In this document: piece after piece, positions 42,759 to 52,401 of the stretch
How positions within the stretch are numbered: position 1 is the first letter of the stretch
Layout of the letters: every line of letters starts with the position of its first letter
Origin: Candidatus Heimdallarchaeota archaeon
GTDB lineage: Archaea; Asgardarchaeota; Heimdallarchaeia; JABLTI01
Length of the DNA: 64,000 bases
Direction: 5' to 3'
NCBI GenBank assembly: GCA_019058275.1
Contig: JAHLVW010000066.1
Location: 64,001 to 128,000, forward strand
The notes under the pieces: model-generated
Databases searched by the model: none
What the model was told of the DNA's origin: nothing
The model's input: the letters and a program-made list of their open reading frames with translations, nothing else
Program-made: the position numbers and the translations under genes

Positions 42759-42828
42759 ACACTATTAGTTCTACTTCTCTTCTAATTAAATCTACTTGCT
42801 ATGTACTTAAGATTAAAGGCAATACTAA

Positions 42829-42884
42829 TATATAATACTGTCCATAAATGTCATTAAGCGACATTTTTTGTCTCTCATAGACAA
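42829..42884 (+). promoter_or_regulatory. TATA box plus tandem TGTC-N7-GACA operators
   Basis: TATATAAT 42829-42836; AAATGTC-N7-GACATTT 42846-42866; TTGTCT-N5-AGACAA 42868-42884. Confidence 0.6.
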
Positions 42885-42911
42885 TTAAAGTCTCTTACTT
42901 CTGAACTAAGG

Positions 42912-43760
42912 GTGAAATCAATGAAAGTTGAAAAAGTGGGAAAATTTAATCCAAAACGTACCATTAAAAGGGATATTGCGAGTTCAAATAGATCTTTTCT
43001 TTTATTTCATGAAAGATTTATGAAATATCTCTATGATAAGAAATCAGATATCTATCACTCATATATTGAAAATCTAATCTCTAAATATAAATCTGAAACA
43101 AATCAAGAGTATGAACTTGCTGATGAACTAGATATTAATTCAGTAAAGTCCAAACTAGAATTACTATTGAAAAATCAAGATTTAATCAAAATATGTGTAA
43201 ATTTACATCTTTCGTTGTTAAAAATTCCTCAAAATTATTCTTGGGAACCTGAGGAGCTTTCATTATTACACATAGATGTTGATAGAGCTAATTATGCACC
43301 AAGGTATTTTGCATATAAAACACTGATAGAATTGATTGACAGAAAGGAAGCGATTCGATTTCTTAAGGAATTCACAGATTACTACATTACTAATTTCAGA
43401 GTAGGTAAATATGATGATTTAACATCTATCTTTGATGATGATGTTAAAAGAAGGAAGAAATTCGATTCATCAGTTTATACATGTGTTCTAATTAATGATG
43501 GGAAATATGCTGGAAAATGTGAAAAGTGTATGGGTTATGAATCATTAAAGGATTTAGAGGATAATGAAATATCTGAAATTGTTTTGTGTTATGGTGATTT
43601 TGCTTTAATAAGGAAATTGAATGAGAATTTCCTAGCAACGAGAACCATCACTCTCAATAAAGATCCATATTGTGATTTATGTGTTCACGATACTCGAATT
43701 GTGAAGGAAATTGAGCATCCTTCTCGAGAATTTTTTGATAGTCTAAATAAAAAGAAATGA
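42912..43760 (+). CDS. ATC-hydrolase-like protein, subtype B
   Basis: EKC...LCYGDF...NENF..TRTITL..DPYCD.CVHDTR...HPSREFF. Confidence 0.65.
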   Translation: MKSMKVEKVGKFNPKRTIKRDIASSNRSFLLFHERFMKYLYDKKSDIYHSYIENLISKYKSETNQEYELADELDINSVKSKLELLLKNQDLIKICVNLHLSLLKIPQNYSWEPEELSLLHIDVDRANYAPRYFAYKTLIELIDRKEAIRFLKEFTDYYITNFRVGKYDDLTSIFDDDVKRRKKFDSSVYTCVLINDGKYAGKCEKCMGYESLKDLEDNEISEIVLCYGDFALIRKLNENFLATRTITLNKDPYCDLCVHDTRIVKEIEHPSREFFDSLNKKK

Positions 43761-43770
43761 GGTAAAAAAA

Positions 43771-44619
43771 ATGGAAGAAAAGTACTACAAATGTTATAAT
43801 GCTGATGCTCTTTTAGGGTTCAATCCTGTTGATAGAATAAGGGATCATATTAAAAGAACAGATTCTATAATAAAATACTTGATAGAATTACAAAAGGATG
43901 TAGCTCCTGATTATGTTGAAGCATTAGTTAAGAGGTTACTTAGTCTAATTAATGATTATAAAATTGATACTAATTCTTTCAATCTAAAAGCAATTGCAAA
44001 AGAACTTAGCTATCTTAAACAAGGAGATCTCTTAACAGATTTGATTATACGCTATATTGCTAAGGAACTCGGTTTACCAGAGAAATCTAAAATCAAATCC
44101 GAATCTGCAGAATTTACTAATCTTAGTCGAGCTAAAGCATCTGAAGGATTTTCTTATTATAGAGTAAAAGCTTTCACTGACATTTTAGGAAAAAAGGATG
44201 GTATAAAGCTCTATTCAAAAATTCTTAGTTTAATTGTCAAAGATATGAATAATTCGATGAAAATTAATGAAAACGATATTATAAAAGCTCGAGGGGAAAG
44301 ATCAGTTAAACGTTGGTGCAAAGTTGGAGCGGGAGATTTTTGTTTCAAGATATTTGATGACAATAAAATACTGTACCGTTTTGATAAATGTGTCACTCAT
44401 GAAGCTCTCAAGAGCTTCAATGATCCTGATGTAGCTTATATCGCATCATGCTTCATTGGTGATATTGAGGAATACAATGTGAGTGATTTTATTCATTTAA
44501 GGAGAACTCAAACATTGCATCATGGAGATTTTTGTGATGAGCTTTATTGGGATAGTAGAGTTCACAATAATCCTGAACAACCGTCTCTTGAGTATGCTCG
44601 AAAAATTGGAAAAACCTAG
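43771..44619 (+). CDS. ATC-hydrolase-like protein, subtype A
   Basis: YKCYN...FDKCVTHEALK..RRTQTLHHGDFCDELYWD...EQPSL. Confidence 0.65.
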   Translation: MEEKYYKCYNADALLGFNPVDRIRDHIKRTDSIIKYLIELQKDVAPDYVEALVKRLLSLINDYKIDTNSFNLKAIAKELSYLKQGDLLTDLIIRYIAKELGLPEKSKIKSESAEFTNLSRAKASEGFSYYRVKAFTDILGKKDGIKLYSKILSLIVKDMNNSMKINENDIIKARGERSVKRWCKVGAGDFCFKIFDDNKILYRFDKCVTHEALKSFNDPDVAYIASCFIGDIEEYNVSDFIHLRRTQTLHHGDFCDELYWDSRVHNNPEQPSLEYARKIGKT

Positions 44620-44659
44620 TCAAATTCATTGAAGTAAATTTAAAAGGAATGAATGAAAA

Positions 44660-45535
44660 ATGAAATTTCAAGAATATGGGTCATATGCTCCAGAAACATT
44701 GAAAAATTTGGAAGAAATACAACCATTAGAGATTGCTCAAAAATCATCATTAAGTCGATTAAATTATTTTATTGGGTTCTTTAAGGAAAAAAGACCAAAG
44801 GATTTTGAAAAATATCTGAAAAATCTGAAAAAGAAATATGTTAGTTTAGTAAAGAAGGATTATTGTGATAAAAGAAAATTCGATGTAACGAAATCATTAG
44901 AAGAATTAACTAATTTACAGAATTACAAAAAATTAGTAACTGATAGTATAAATTATGTATTGCAATTACTTGAATTACCAGATGATGTTGATTGGGTAAA
45001 CGAGAAGGTTAAAGTTCCACTAGGGAATTATTTCAAATCATTTTTAGTTCCTAGATATCAAAATGCAGCTGTTTTTTCTGATACAATTGGACGAGAAGAA
45101 GGGATTAAGCTTTACAAAATCTATAGAACTGAATACGTGAAATTCTCAATTCCTGGAAGTAAAAATCAACATTCAACTTTGGAAAATTTGCATGAAGATA
45201 ATGTTAAGGATTTTGAATGAAATGGAAATCTTGGTTGGGTTCGAATAGAAAGTACAGTTGAGAATGGCAAATTAGTTTATCGAAGAGATTCTTGTCTATG
45301 GGCAGAAGCAATAAAAGATTACCCAGATAATGATTTCAAATTTCTTGCTGCTTGTTATGGTGATTACCAAGGAACAAAGATGATTTGGAATGAAGATTTT
45401 GTCCTAACAATGAATCATACAATAGCAAAAGGCGATTTGTATTGCAGTTGCGTTGTTCACGATACAAAAATAGATTGGGATTTAACTCATCCGCCAGATG
45501 AATTTTGGGAATCTATTTGGCCATTACGAGAATAG
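44660..45535 (+). pseudogene. ATC-hydrolase-like protein, subtype B, with internal TGA at 45218
   Basis: Frame continues past TGA: NGNLGWVR...DSCLW...CYGDYQ...LTMNHTIAKGDLYCSCVVHDTKIDW. Confidence 0.75.
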
Positions 45536-45571
45536 CAGAAAAAAAGTGATTGAATCATATGAGGTTTTCAA

Positions 45572-46435
45572 ATGAAATTTGAACAGCATGGAAAAGAAGT
45601 TATTAATTTAGAAATTAAATATAATCCATTTGAATTTGCAGAAAGTAACTTATTCAAGAGATTAAGTAATATATATGGTTACGTCAAAGAGAATAAACCT
45701 GAAATATATGATGAATTAATTGAAAAAGTATCACAAAAAATTAAGTTATTACCAAAGAAAGACTTTTTCACAAATAAATCAAAAGTAATTGAAAGAATAG
45801 CTCAATGTAATTATCTTCTAGAAAATCAGGATTCAGTTATAAGACACCTAAATATTTTCATCGATACACAAGGAATAACTGATAGTGAATATTGGCAGAA
45901 AAATGAAATAAAAATCCCAGCTAAGAATTTCATGCATTCAGCAAAAGATCTCTATTTTCTATATATAACCTCGCTTGTGGAAATTATAGGAAAAGAAAAT
46001 ACAATAGAAATTTACAAAAAAATGATTGATAGTTACGTAAGAAAATACGATACAAATCAGCTGAATATTTTCAATGATTTAGAAGACATGCGTACGAGAG
46101 TTATTCGATGGGTTGATAATAATCCATATGGCAGAGTACGTCTCATCAGCACAGTTGAGAATGGACGATTAATAGAAATTTGTAAAAACTGTGAAAAAGT
46201 GCAGTATCTAGATGATTTTGATGAACTAGATGGAGACTTATTGTACATAGAATCTTGTTATTGTCATAAACCTTTGGCAGAAATGTAGAATGATAATTTT
46301 GTATTAACACTTGAAGAATGCATTGCCAAAGGAGATCCATATTGTGCTTATGTCTATCATGATAAAAGAATCGTGGAGAAAATTGAACATACACCAAAGG
46401 AATTCTTTGATGAAATAATTTCAAAATTTGACTAG
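45572..46435 (+). pseudogene. ATC-hydrolase-like protein, subtype B, with internal TAG at 46286
   Basis: AEM*NDNFVLTLEECIAKGDPYC...HD; the neighbouring paralogue has Trp at this position (WNEDFVLT). Confidence 0.75.
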
Positions 46436-46534
46436 AATTTAAGCTAATTTGAGAAAAGAAGATATTCAAAAAATAATGATAGAAAATTGTGAAATTTATC
46501 GATGAAAGTAATGAGAAAATTATTGGTGAGAAAA

Positions 46535-48298
46535 ATGGAAATAAAATCATATAAATGTTATAATACAAAAGCAGAAATTGAATTTAATCCAAATACTTGG
46601 ATTCAAGACCAATTAGGAAATATGAATTCAGTGATAAAATACCTAACTGAATTCAAACCTGAATTTGTAGTAGATTATGTACAACATTTAATTAAGAGAA
46701 TAAAGAATGCAATAGATTCTATTGAGAAGAAAGATGGATATTATGACTTACCAGCAATAAAGGAGAAATTTGAATTTCTTGATAAATATCCCAATCTCCG
46801 AATATTAACTCAAGAGTTCCTTTTAGCACATATGAATCCAATGAAGAAATCGCCAACTGACTCTAAGAAATTCATTGTATATGGGTTAAATCAATCTATG
46901 GCTTTTAGAAGAATTTCCTATCATAGCGTGAAATCTTTTTCGGAAATGATTGGAAAAGAAGAAGGAATAAAACTCTATACAAAAATTCTTACTCGAATTA
47001 TTGAAGATGCGAACAAGAAAAACCCACAAAAAAGTGATATTTCTGTTACTAAAAGACGAAAAAATGCTATCAAAAGTTGGTGTGAAATTGGTATGGCTGA
47101 TTTCACTTGTTGTGTTTTAGATGAACATAAAATTATTTTCAGATTTAATAATTATTTTGCTCATGAAGCTTTGAAAGATTTCAATGATCCAGATATAGCT
47201 TATTATGCTTCTTGCTATGGTGCTGACATTCCAGCCTTTAATAAAGGAAGAATTATCCATATAAGAAGAACTCAAACACTTCACCATGCTGATTTCTGTG
47301 ACGAAATGTATTGGGATTCTCGAGTTCATAATAATCCAAAACAGCCTTCTTTGGATTTTACAAGAAAACTGGGAAAAAGAATGAAATTGGAAGTAATAAA
47401 GTTTGGTGAATTTAATCCAAACGCGTTAGATCGTGTTTTGGAAATTCAGCCAGTTGAAACCATTCTGAGTATTGCAAATAATAAAGTAAATAATTTTGCT
47501 TGTTTGAAAAGATTGGATCATTTATTAGGATTTATTGATAGAAACTATTCATCATTTTTAGAAAAATACATTGAAAATCTAAACACTAAATTTCAAACTT
47601 TATTAAAGGAAAACCTATTTGGAGATAATAAATTTGTTCTAACTAAGATTTTTGAAGAAACAGATTATTTGAAAAAATCTACTAACCTTGTTGAAAATAT
47701 ATTGAGTTATTACATAGAGCTGTTAAGATTATCAGATAATTTTGATTGGATAAAAGATAGAATTGAAGTTAAACAACGTGATTATTTCCGATCATTCCTA
47801 ATTCCAAACTACTATTACTTGTTAGTATTGACAGAGACAATTGGTCGAGAAGAAGGTATAAGGTTATTCAAGATGCATATATCTGACTTTCTTATTAATC
47901 AAAAACCTAAATCACCTATCAATTTTACAACTCTTGAAGACTCGTTTGAGAAAAGAAAAAATTCTGCAAAGAATCCCTCTGATTGGGTTATAATATATGG
48001 CATGCTATCAAAAAGTAAGCTGGCTTTTCGAAATGATAATTGTCTTTGGATTGATGTTTTGCAAGATTTGCCTGATAAGGAGTTAAAATACTATGTGTGT
48101 TGTTATGGGGACTATCAAAATGCGAATACCTATTCTAATGGAAATGTTGTCTTAACTATGGAACATACAATTGCTCAAGGAGATCAGTATTGTTCTAGAG
48201 TAAAACATGATACAAGAATTGATTGGAACTTGGAGCATCCAAAGAAAGAATTTTTCGACAATATGTGGCCAATACATGACAGCAAAAAAGAAAACTAA
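46535..48298 (+). CDS. In-frame fusion of subtype A and subtype B ATC-hydrolase-like domains (second ATG at 47381)
   Basis: A domain ends QPSLDFTRKLGK, followed by MKLEVIKFG...CCYGDYQ...HTIAQGDQYC. Confidence 0.65.
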   Translation: MEIKSYKCYNTKAEIEFNPNTWIQDQLGNMNSVIKYLTEFKPEFVVDYVQHLIKRIKNAIDSIEKKDGYYDLPAIKEKFEFLDKYPNLRILTQEFLLAHMNPMKKSPTDSKKFIVYGLNQSMAFRRISYHSVKSFSEMIGKEEGIKLYTKILTRIIEDANKKNPQKSDISVTKRRKNAIKSWCEIGMADFTCCVLDEHKIIFRFNNYFAHEALKDFNDPDIAYYASCYGADIPAFNKGRIIHIRRTQTLHHADFCDEMYWDSRVHNNPKQPSLDFTRKLGKRMKLEVIKFGEFNPNALDRVLEIQPVETILSIANNKVNNFACLKRLDHLLGFIDRNYSSFLEKYIENLNTKFQTLLKENLFGDNKFVLTKIFEETDYLKKSTNLVENILSYYIELLRLSDNFDWIKDRIEVKQRDYFRSFLIPNYYYLLVLTETIGREEGIRLFKMHISDFLINQKPKSPINFTTLEDSFEKRKNSAKNPSDWVIIYGMLSKSKLAFRNDNCLWIDVLQDLPDKELKYYVCCYGDYQNANTYSNGNVVLTMEHTIAQGDQYCSRVKHDTRIDWNLEHPKKEFFDNMWPIHDSKKEN

Positions 48299-48317
48299 AA
48301 ATCTGTGTGATAAAAAA

Positions 48318-49190
48318 ATGAAATTTCAAAAATATGGTAAAAAGATTCCAGAAGCTCTTGAGATTGTAATAGAAATACAACCTCTTGATTTTGCTATGAA
48401 ATCACCATTCAAGAGATTGAATTATTTATTGGGTATGGTAAAGAAAAAGAAACAAAGCATATTCTTAGAATATATTAGGAATCTAGGATTGAAATACGAA
48501 TCACTAGTGAAAGAAGATTTCGTATCAAATAGAGAAGATCATAATATCAATGAATTCTTAACCAAATTCGAAATTTTGAAAGACCATCCAAAATTGGTCA
48601 AAAATTATCTAAATTATTTTTTACAAATTCTACATATCCTAGATAAGGACAATTGGTTAAAAGAAAAAGTGAAAGTAATAAATAGAAATCACATTCGTTC
48701 ATTTTTACTTCCAAAATACTACAATTTGCTAACATTAACTGAGACTATAAATCGGGATGAAGCAATTAGTTTGTATAAATTATATGTTACTCAATACATC
48801 AAAGATAATGCAGCTCCTAATAGAAAAATCTTTGATAAATTAAAGGATTTTAAAAAATACTTTGAAAAGGATAAAGAAGAAATAACAATTGGGTGGTATG
48901 GTTTTCTAAGTGATGTCAATGATGGTAAATTCTGCTTTAGAAAAGATAATTGTCTATGGGCAGATATACTAACTGATTTGCCTGATGTAATGTTAAAATA
49001 CCTTGTTTGTTGTTATGGAGATTTTCAGGCAGCAGTAACAAGGAGTAATGATAATTTTATTCTAACAATGAAACATACAATAATTGAGGGAGATCCTTAC
49101 TGTGACTGTATTATACATGATACAAATATTGATTGGGATCTAACCCACCCACCAAAGGAATTCTGGGATAATCTAAATTCAATTGAATAA
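48318..49190 (+). CDS. ATC-hydrolase-like protein, subtype B
   Basis: MKFQKYG...DNCLW...CCYGDFQ...LTMKHTIIEGDPYCDC..HDT.IDWDLTHPPKEFW. Confidence 0.65.
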   Translation: MKFQKYGKKIPEALEIVIEIQPLDFAMKSPFKRLNYLLGMVKKKKQSIFLEYIRNLGLKYESLVKEDFVSNREDHNINEFLTKFEILKDHPKLVKNYLNYFLQILHILDKDNWLKEKVKVINRNHIRSFLLPKYYNLLTLTETINRDEAISLYKLYVTQYIKDNAAPNRKIFDKLKDFKKYFEKDKEEITIGWYGFLSDVNDGKFCFRKDNCLWADILTDLPDVMLKYLVCCYGDFQAAVTRSNDNFILTMKHTIIEGDPYCDCIIHDTNIDWDLTHPPKEFWDNLNSIE

Positions 49191-49374
49191 GTTGTGAGTT
49201 TATTTTGATGAATACAAAAGAAACTAATAAAAAAAATGTAAAATTCATCGATAATTTCTATGCAAATAGAAATCTGAATTAACTATTGAACAATCCTTAT
49301 TATTTCATAATAAGATATTAACACAATATAATCAATTCAATAACCTTAATATTTCATCCAAGCTTCCTTTTTTC

Positions 49375-49998
49375 ATGAAAAAAAACACCAAAATCATTCT
49401 AGGTGTAATTATTCCATTAGTAGTTATAGGTGCAAGTATAGGAGGAATAATGCTCTATAATTTTCTGCAGAAAAGAGCTATAGCAAAATTAGAACCTCCC
49501 ATAATTGATTTTCCTGTAGAAAATACTGATACAATAGATATTATCTGGGGTTATGGTGATCAAGGAGGAGATTTTCATAATGGTATTGACTTTGGTTGTA
49601 ATTCATCAGTAAGCATTTTGGCTTGGTGTGATATGACTGTTGTAGATGTTACAACCTTTTTAAATGATAGAAATGGACTTTGGCAAACTAATGTATTTCT
49701 AGAATTTAACAAGCGCTTTACTTTCGATTGTGCTTTTGAACCTGGATCACAAAATGAAACATATGCCAATTTACAAAGAGATGCGATAAATGTAGAAGTA
49801 GGCCAAACAATTCAAAGAGGAGAAGTACTAGGCGAGTTGTTAATTCATAGAGGTGGAACACACATACATTTTGGGATGCATGATCAAGGAGAATCTGTAT
49901 GTGCTTATCACTATTTTTCCGAAACAGCTAAAGCAATTTTTAATCCTCTTTGGATTAAATATGGTTTTGGAGATGATAGTTGGTATGACGATCCTTAA
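49375..49998 (+). CDS. Membrane-anchored M23-family metallopeptidase-like protein
   Basis: N-terminal TM; HNGID (HxxxD); VEVGQTIQRGEVLG; HIH (HxH). Confidence 0.7.
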   Translation: MKKNTKIILGVIIPLVVIGASIGGIMLYNFLQKRAIAKLEPPIIDFPVENTDTIDIIWGYGDQGGDFHNGIDFGCNSSVSILAWCDMTVVDVTTFLNDRNGLWQTNVFLEFNKRFTFDCAFEPGSQNETYANLQRDAINVEVGQTIQRGEVLGELLIHRGGTHIHFGMHDQGESVCAYHYFSETAKAIFNPLWIKYGFGDDSWYDDP

Positions 49999-50054
49999 TC
50001 TAAAAAAATACTGATTTTTTAGTTAATGAATTTATATTAATAAAATAAATTTGG

Positions 50055-50879
50055 TTGATAGAATTGAACGAAAAGAAATTTCAACATGTTGAAGGCAAAT
50101 ATGTCAGAATAAAAGATCTAAAAATGTATTATGAGGAATATGGTTATGGGTATCCTCTAATATTAATTCATGGTGGAGCAAGCTCTATTCAGATGTGGGA
50201 TCATCAGATTCCGGATTTTTCAAGTTTTTTCAAAGTAATTGCTGTTGATTGTCGTGGTCAAGGTAAAACAAACAATCCAAGTGGTGAATTTCACTATAAG
50301 CAAATGGCTGATGATTTTGCTAATCTGATAAAGAAATTAGAATTGGAAAAAGTACTGATTTGTGGATGGAGCGATGGTGCACAGATTGCTCTTGAGATGG
50401 GATTACTTTATCCTGAATTAGCAAAAGCATTGATTGTAGGTGGAGCATTACTAGATGTCAGCCAAGAAATGATTGAAGGTATGAAAGCTATTGGTACTGA
50501 AGGACCAGGAAAAATTAATTATGAGCATTTAGAAAAATCTCTTCCTTGTTTTGTAAAATTGCTTAAGGAACATCATTCCTTTGTCTATGGTGAGGAATAT
50601 TGGAAAGAAATGTTAGCAAATATAACGAAGATGTGGTTAGATCCTAAAGAATTTCTTGGGGATAAAGTTAAGAAAATACCAACTCCTTCACTTATACTTC
50701 AAGGTGATCGTGATGATTACATACCAATTTCTGATGCTATTAAAATGCATGAATTGATGCCTAAAACAGAATTAGCAATAATACCAAATGCCAATCATGA
50801 TGTATATGAAACTAGTACAGAAATATTCAATAAAATTACCTTGGGCTTTCTTTTAAGACAAACTAAAGATGATGAATAG
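50055..50879 (+). CDS. Alpha/beta hydrolase
   Basis: LIHGG, DCRGQG, GWSDG, GDRD, NANH. Confidence 0.9.
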   Translation: MIELNEKKFQHVEGKYVRIKDLKMYYEEYGYGYPLILIHGGASSIQMWDHQIPDFSSFFKVIAVDCRGQGKTNNPSGEFHYKQMADDFANLIKKLELEKVLICGWSDGAQIALEMGLLYPELAKALIVGGALLDVSQEMIEGMKAIGTEGPGKINYEHLEKSLPCFVKLLKEHHSFVYGEEYWKEMLANITKMWLDPKEFLGDKVKKIPTPSLILQGDRDDYIPISDAIKMHELMPKTELAIIPNANHDVYETSTEIFNKITLGFLLRQTKDDE

Positions 50880-50883
50880 TACT

Positions 50884-51054
50884 CTAAAAACATAATGCTA
50901 AGTAAATGAATCCAAACATTAGTACGGAGAGCAATAAACCAATAAGAAGTGCTTTAATTGGTGAAACTTTTAGATTATCTCGAGCCATTTTTGCTGAATA
51001 TTCTTCATCATAATCAGCTGGATATAACCTATTGTATCTGATATCATAACCCAA
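50884..51054 (-). CDS. Possible small membrane protein or gene remnant (56 aa)
   Basis: Manual translation LGYDIRYNRLYPADYDEEYSAKMARDNLKVSPIKALLIGLLLSVLMFGFIYLALCF; below the ORF-track length cutoff. Confidence 0.3.
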   Translation of the reverse strand: MGYDIRYNRLYPADYDEEYSAKMARDNLKVSPIKALLIGLLLSVLMFGFIYLALCF

Positions 51055-51197
51055 TGAAATCCCTAGGTACTTATTATTCAGCGTTACTAATTAATATTTC
51101 CGATTTCAACAAACATCTTATCCTATAGTTTTAGATAATTAGCAAGAAAAGTATATTAGAAAAGGGGTTGATAATTGAATATGGGTTGGGATGAATA

Positions 51198-51746
51198 ATG
51201 TCATATTCTTTTGATGTCACATATGAATATGATTCTGCAGAATTATATCGTTTACGTGAACTAACAGATGATTTTGTTTTTTGTCCAAAATGTGGAACGA
51301 AGAATTCTTTTGAGATTAGACAAACAGAAATTAAACTTAAACACTTTTGTAAAAGATGTAGTGCAAGACTAAATGATTTTTGGGATAAATTTTATGATGG
51401 GAAGCTAACAGATGCTTGTTGTAAAGCATGCCAACAACCAACTTTTGAAGAGCACAAATACTGTATTTCTTGTGGCGAAATACACTACAAAGCAACAGGA
51501 AAAGACCAAAGACAAATCATCAAATCTAAAAATCGGAATGTTATCTCTATTTACGATGTTCTATTTTTCTTGTGTTGTGCTGGAAGTTGTACTGGTAGGC
51601 CGGCTATTGATAATAGATCTAAAACTCAGAGAAAATCAGAAAGAATAATTATAGGAGTGATAATTGCTTGGTTTAGCATACTTTTAATCGTTTTTACCCT
51701 ATTATTACGTTTCAATGTATGTGATAATGTATGCAGGTGTGATTAG
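51198..51746 (+). CDS. Double zinc-ribbon protein with C-terminal TM
   Basis: CPKC, CKRC, CKAC, CISC; hydrophobic C-terminus. Confidence 0.6.
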   Translation: MSYSFDVTYEYDSAELYRLRELTDDFVFCPKCGTKNSFEIRQTEIKLKHFCKRCSARLNDFWDKFYDGKLTDACCKACQQPTFEEHKYCISCGEIHYKATGKDQRQIIKSKNRNVISIYDVLFFLCCAGSCTGRPAIDNRSKTQRKSERIIIGVIIAWFSILLIVFTLLLRFNVCDNVCRCD

Positions 51747-51842
51747 AGTGGAATTAGACTTAATTTTTAAATATCTAACCATTTTCTATTTTTGTAGTAA
51801 TCTTTTTAATATGAATCTTTACAAAAAAACCTAGACGAATTA

Positions 51843-51919
51843 GCCGTTGTAGCACAGCCTGGTAGTGCGACTCCTTGGTAAGGAGTAGGTCCCGAGTTCA
51901 AGTCCCGGCAACGGCTCCA
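51843..51919 (+). tRNA. tRNA-Thr(GGT); CCA encoded
   Basis: GCCGTTG/CAACGGC acceptor stem; ACTCC-TTGGTAA-GGAGT anticodon arm; GTTCAAGTC T-loop. Confidence 0.93.
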
Positions 51920-51928
51920 TTATTCTTT

Positions 51929-52255
51929 TCAATCACCTTTGCTATCCAATGATAAGGGCTCAAAAAGCATTATAAACGATTTTTCTTTGCTTATTGTTTT
52001 ATATTCAATTCCTTTGTTGATAACTATCATATCCCCTTCATTCAATTGCTGATCTGGATGTCCTTTTTGCTGTATGGTGATATTACCAGATACAACATAG
52101 AATAATTCATCTTCCTTTTCATGTTTATGCCAATGATATTCCCCTTCAAAAAGTGCTAATCGAACAATTTGATCATTTATTCTTAGAATTTCAACTGGTG
52201 ACCATGGCTTTTTTATTTCTTTGCTTTTCTCAACTATATTTATTGGTTGATTCAT
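51929..52255 (-). CDS. Cupin-domain protein
   Basis: PWSP...VRLA..EGEYHWHKHEKEDELFYV. Confidence 0.85.
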   Translation of the reverse strand: MNQPINIVEKSKEIKKPWSPVEILRINDQIVRLALFEGEYHWHKHEKEDELFYVVSGNITIQQKGHPDQQLNEGDMIVINKGIEYKTISKEKSFIMLFEPLSLDSKGD

Positions 52256-52401
52256 AAACATTTGATGATTGATTTCGAGTAAAAATTTTTCCCAGAAGAA
52301 TTTGCACAGTATTTCAAATCGAAGTAAACAAATTTCTTCCATGGGGGTTTTTATCTCTCATTGTAAAATTCATATTACTAACATTTCTGTCGGGATAAAG
52401 A

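Noticed and set aside
17805-46288. Stop-codon reassignment, Sec or Pyl read-through to explain in-frame TGA/TAG at Trp positions
   Set aside because: TGA, TAG and TAA all occur as lesions, often together with frameshifts in the same genes. TGA and TAG also terminate intact genes, and aRF1 has normal NIKS and GGQ motifs.
41156-49190. Diversity-generating retroelement or CRISPR-like diversification of the paralogue array
   Set aside because: No reverse transcriptase, no near-identical TR/VR pair and no regularly spaced repeats; paralogues diverge along their whole length.
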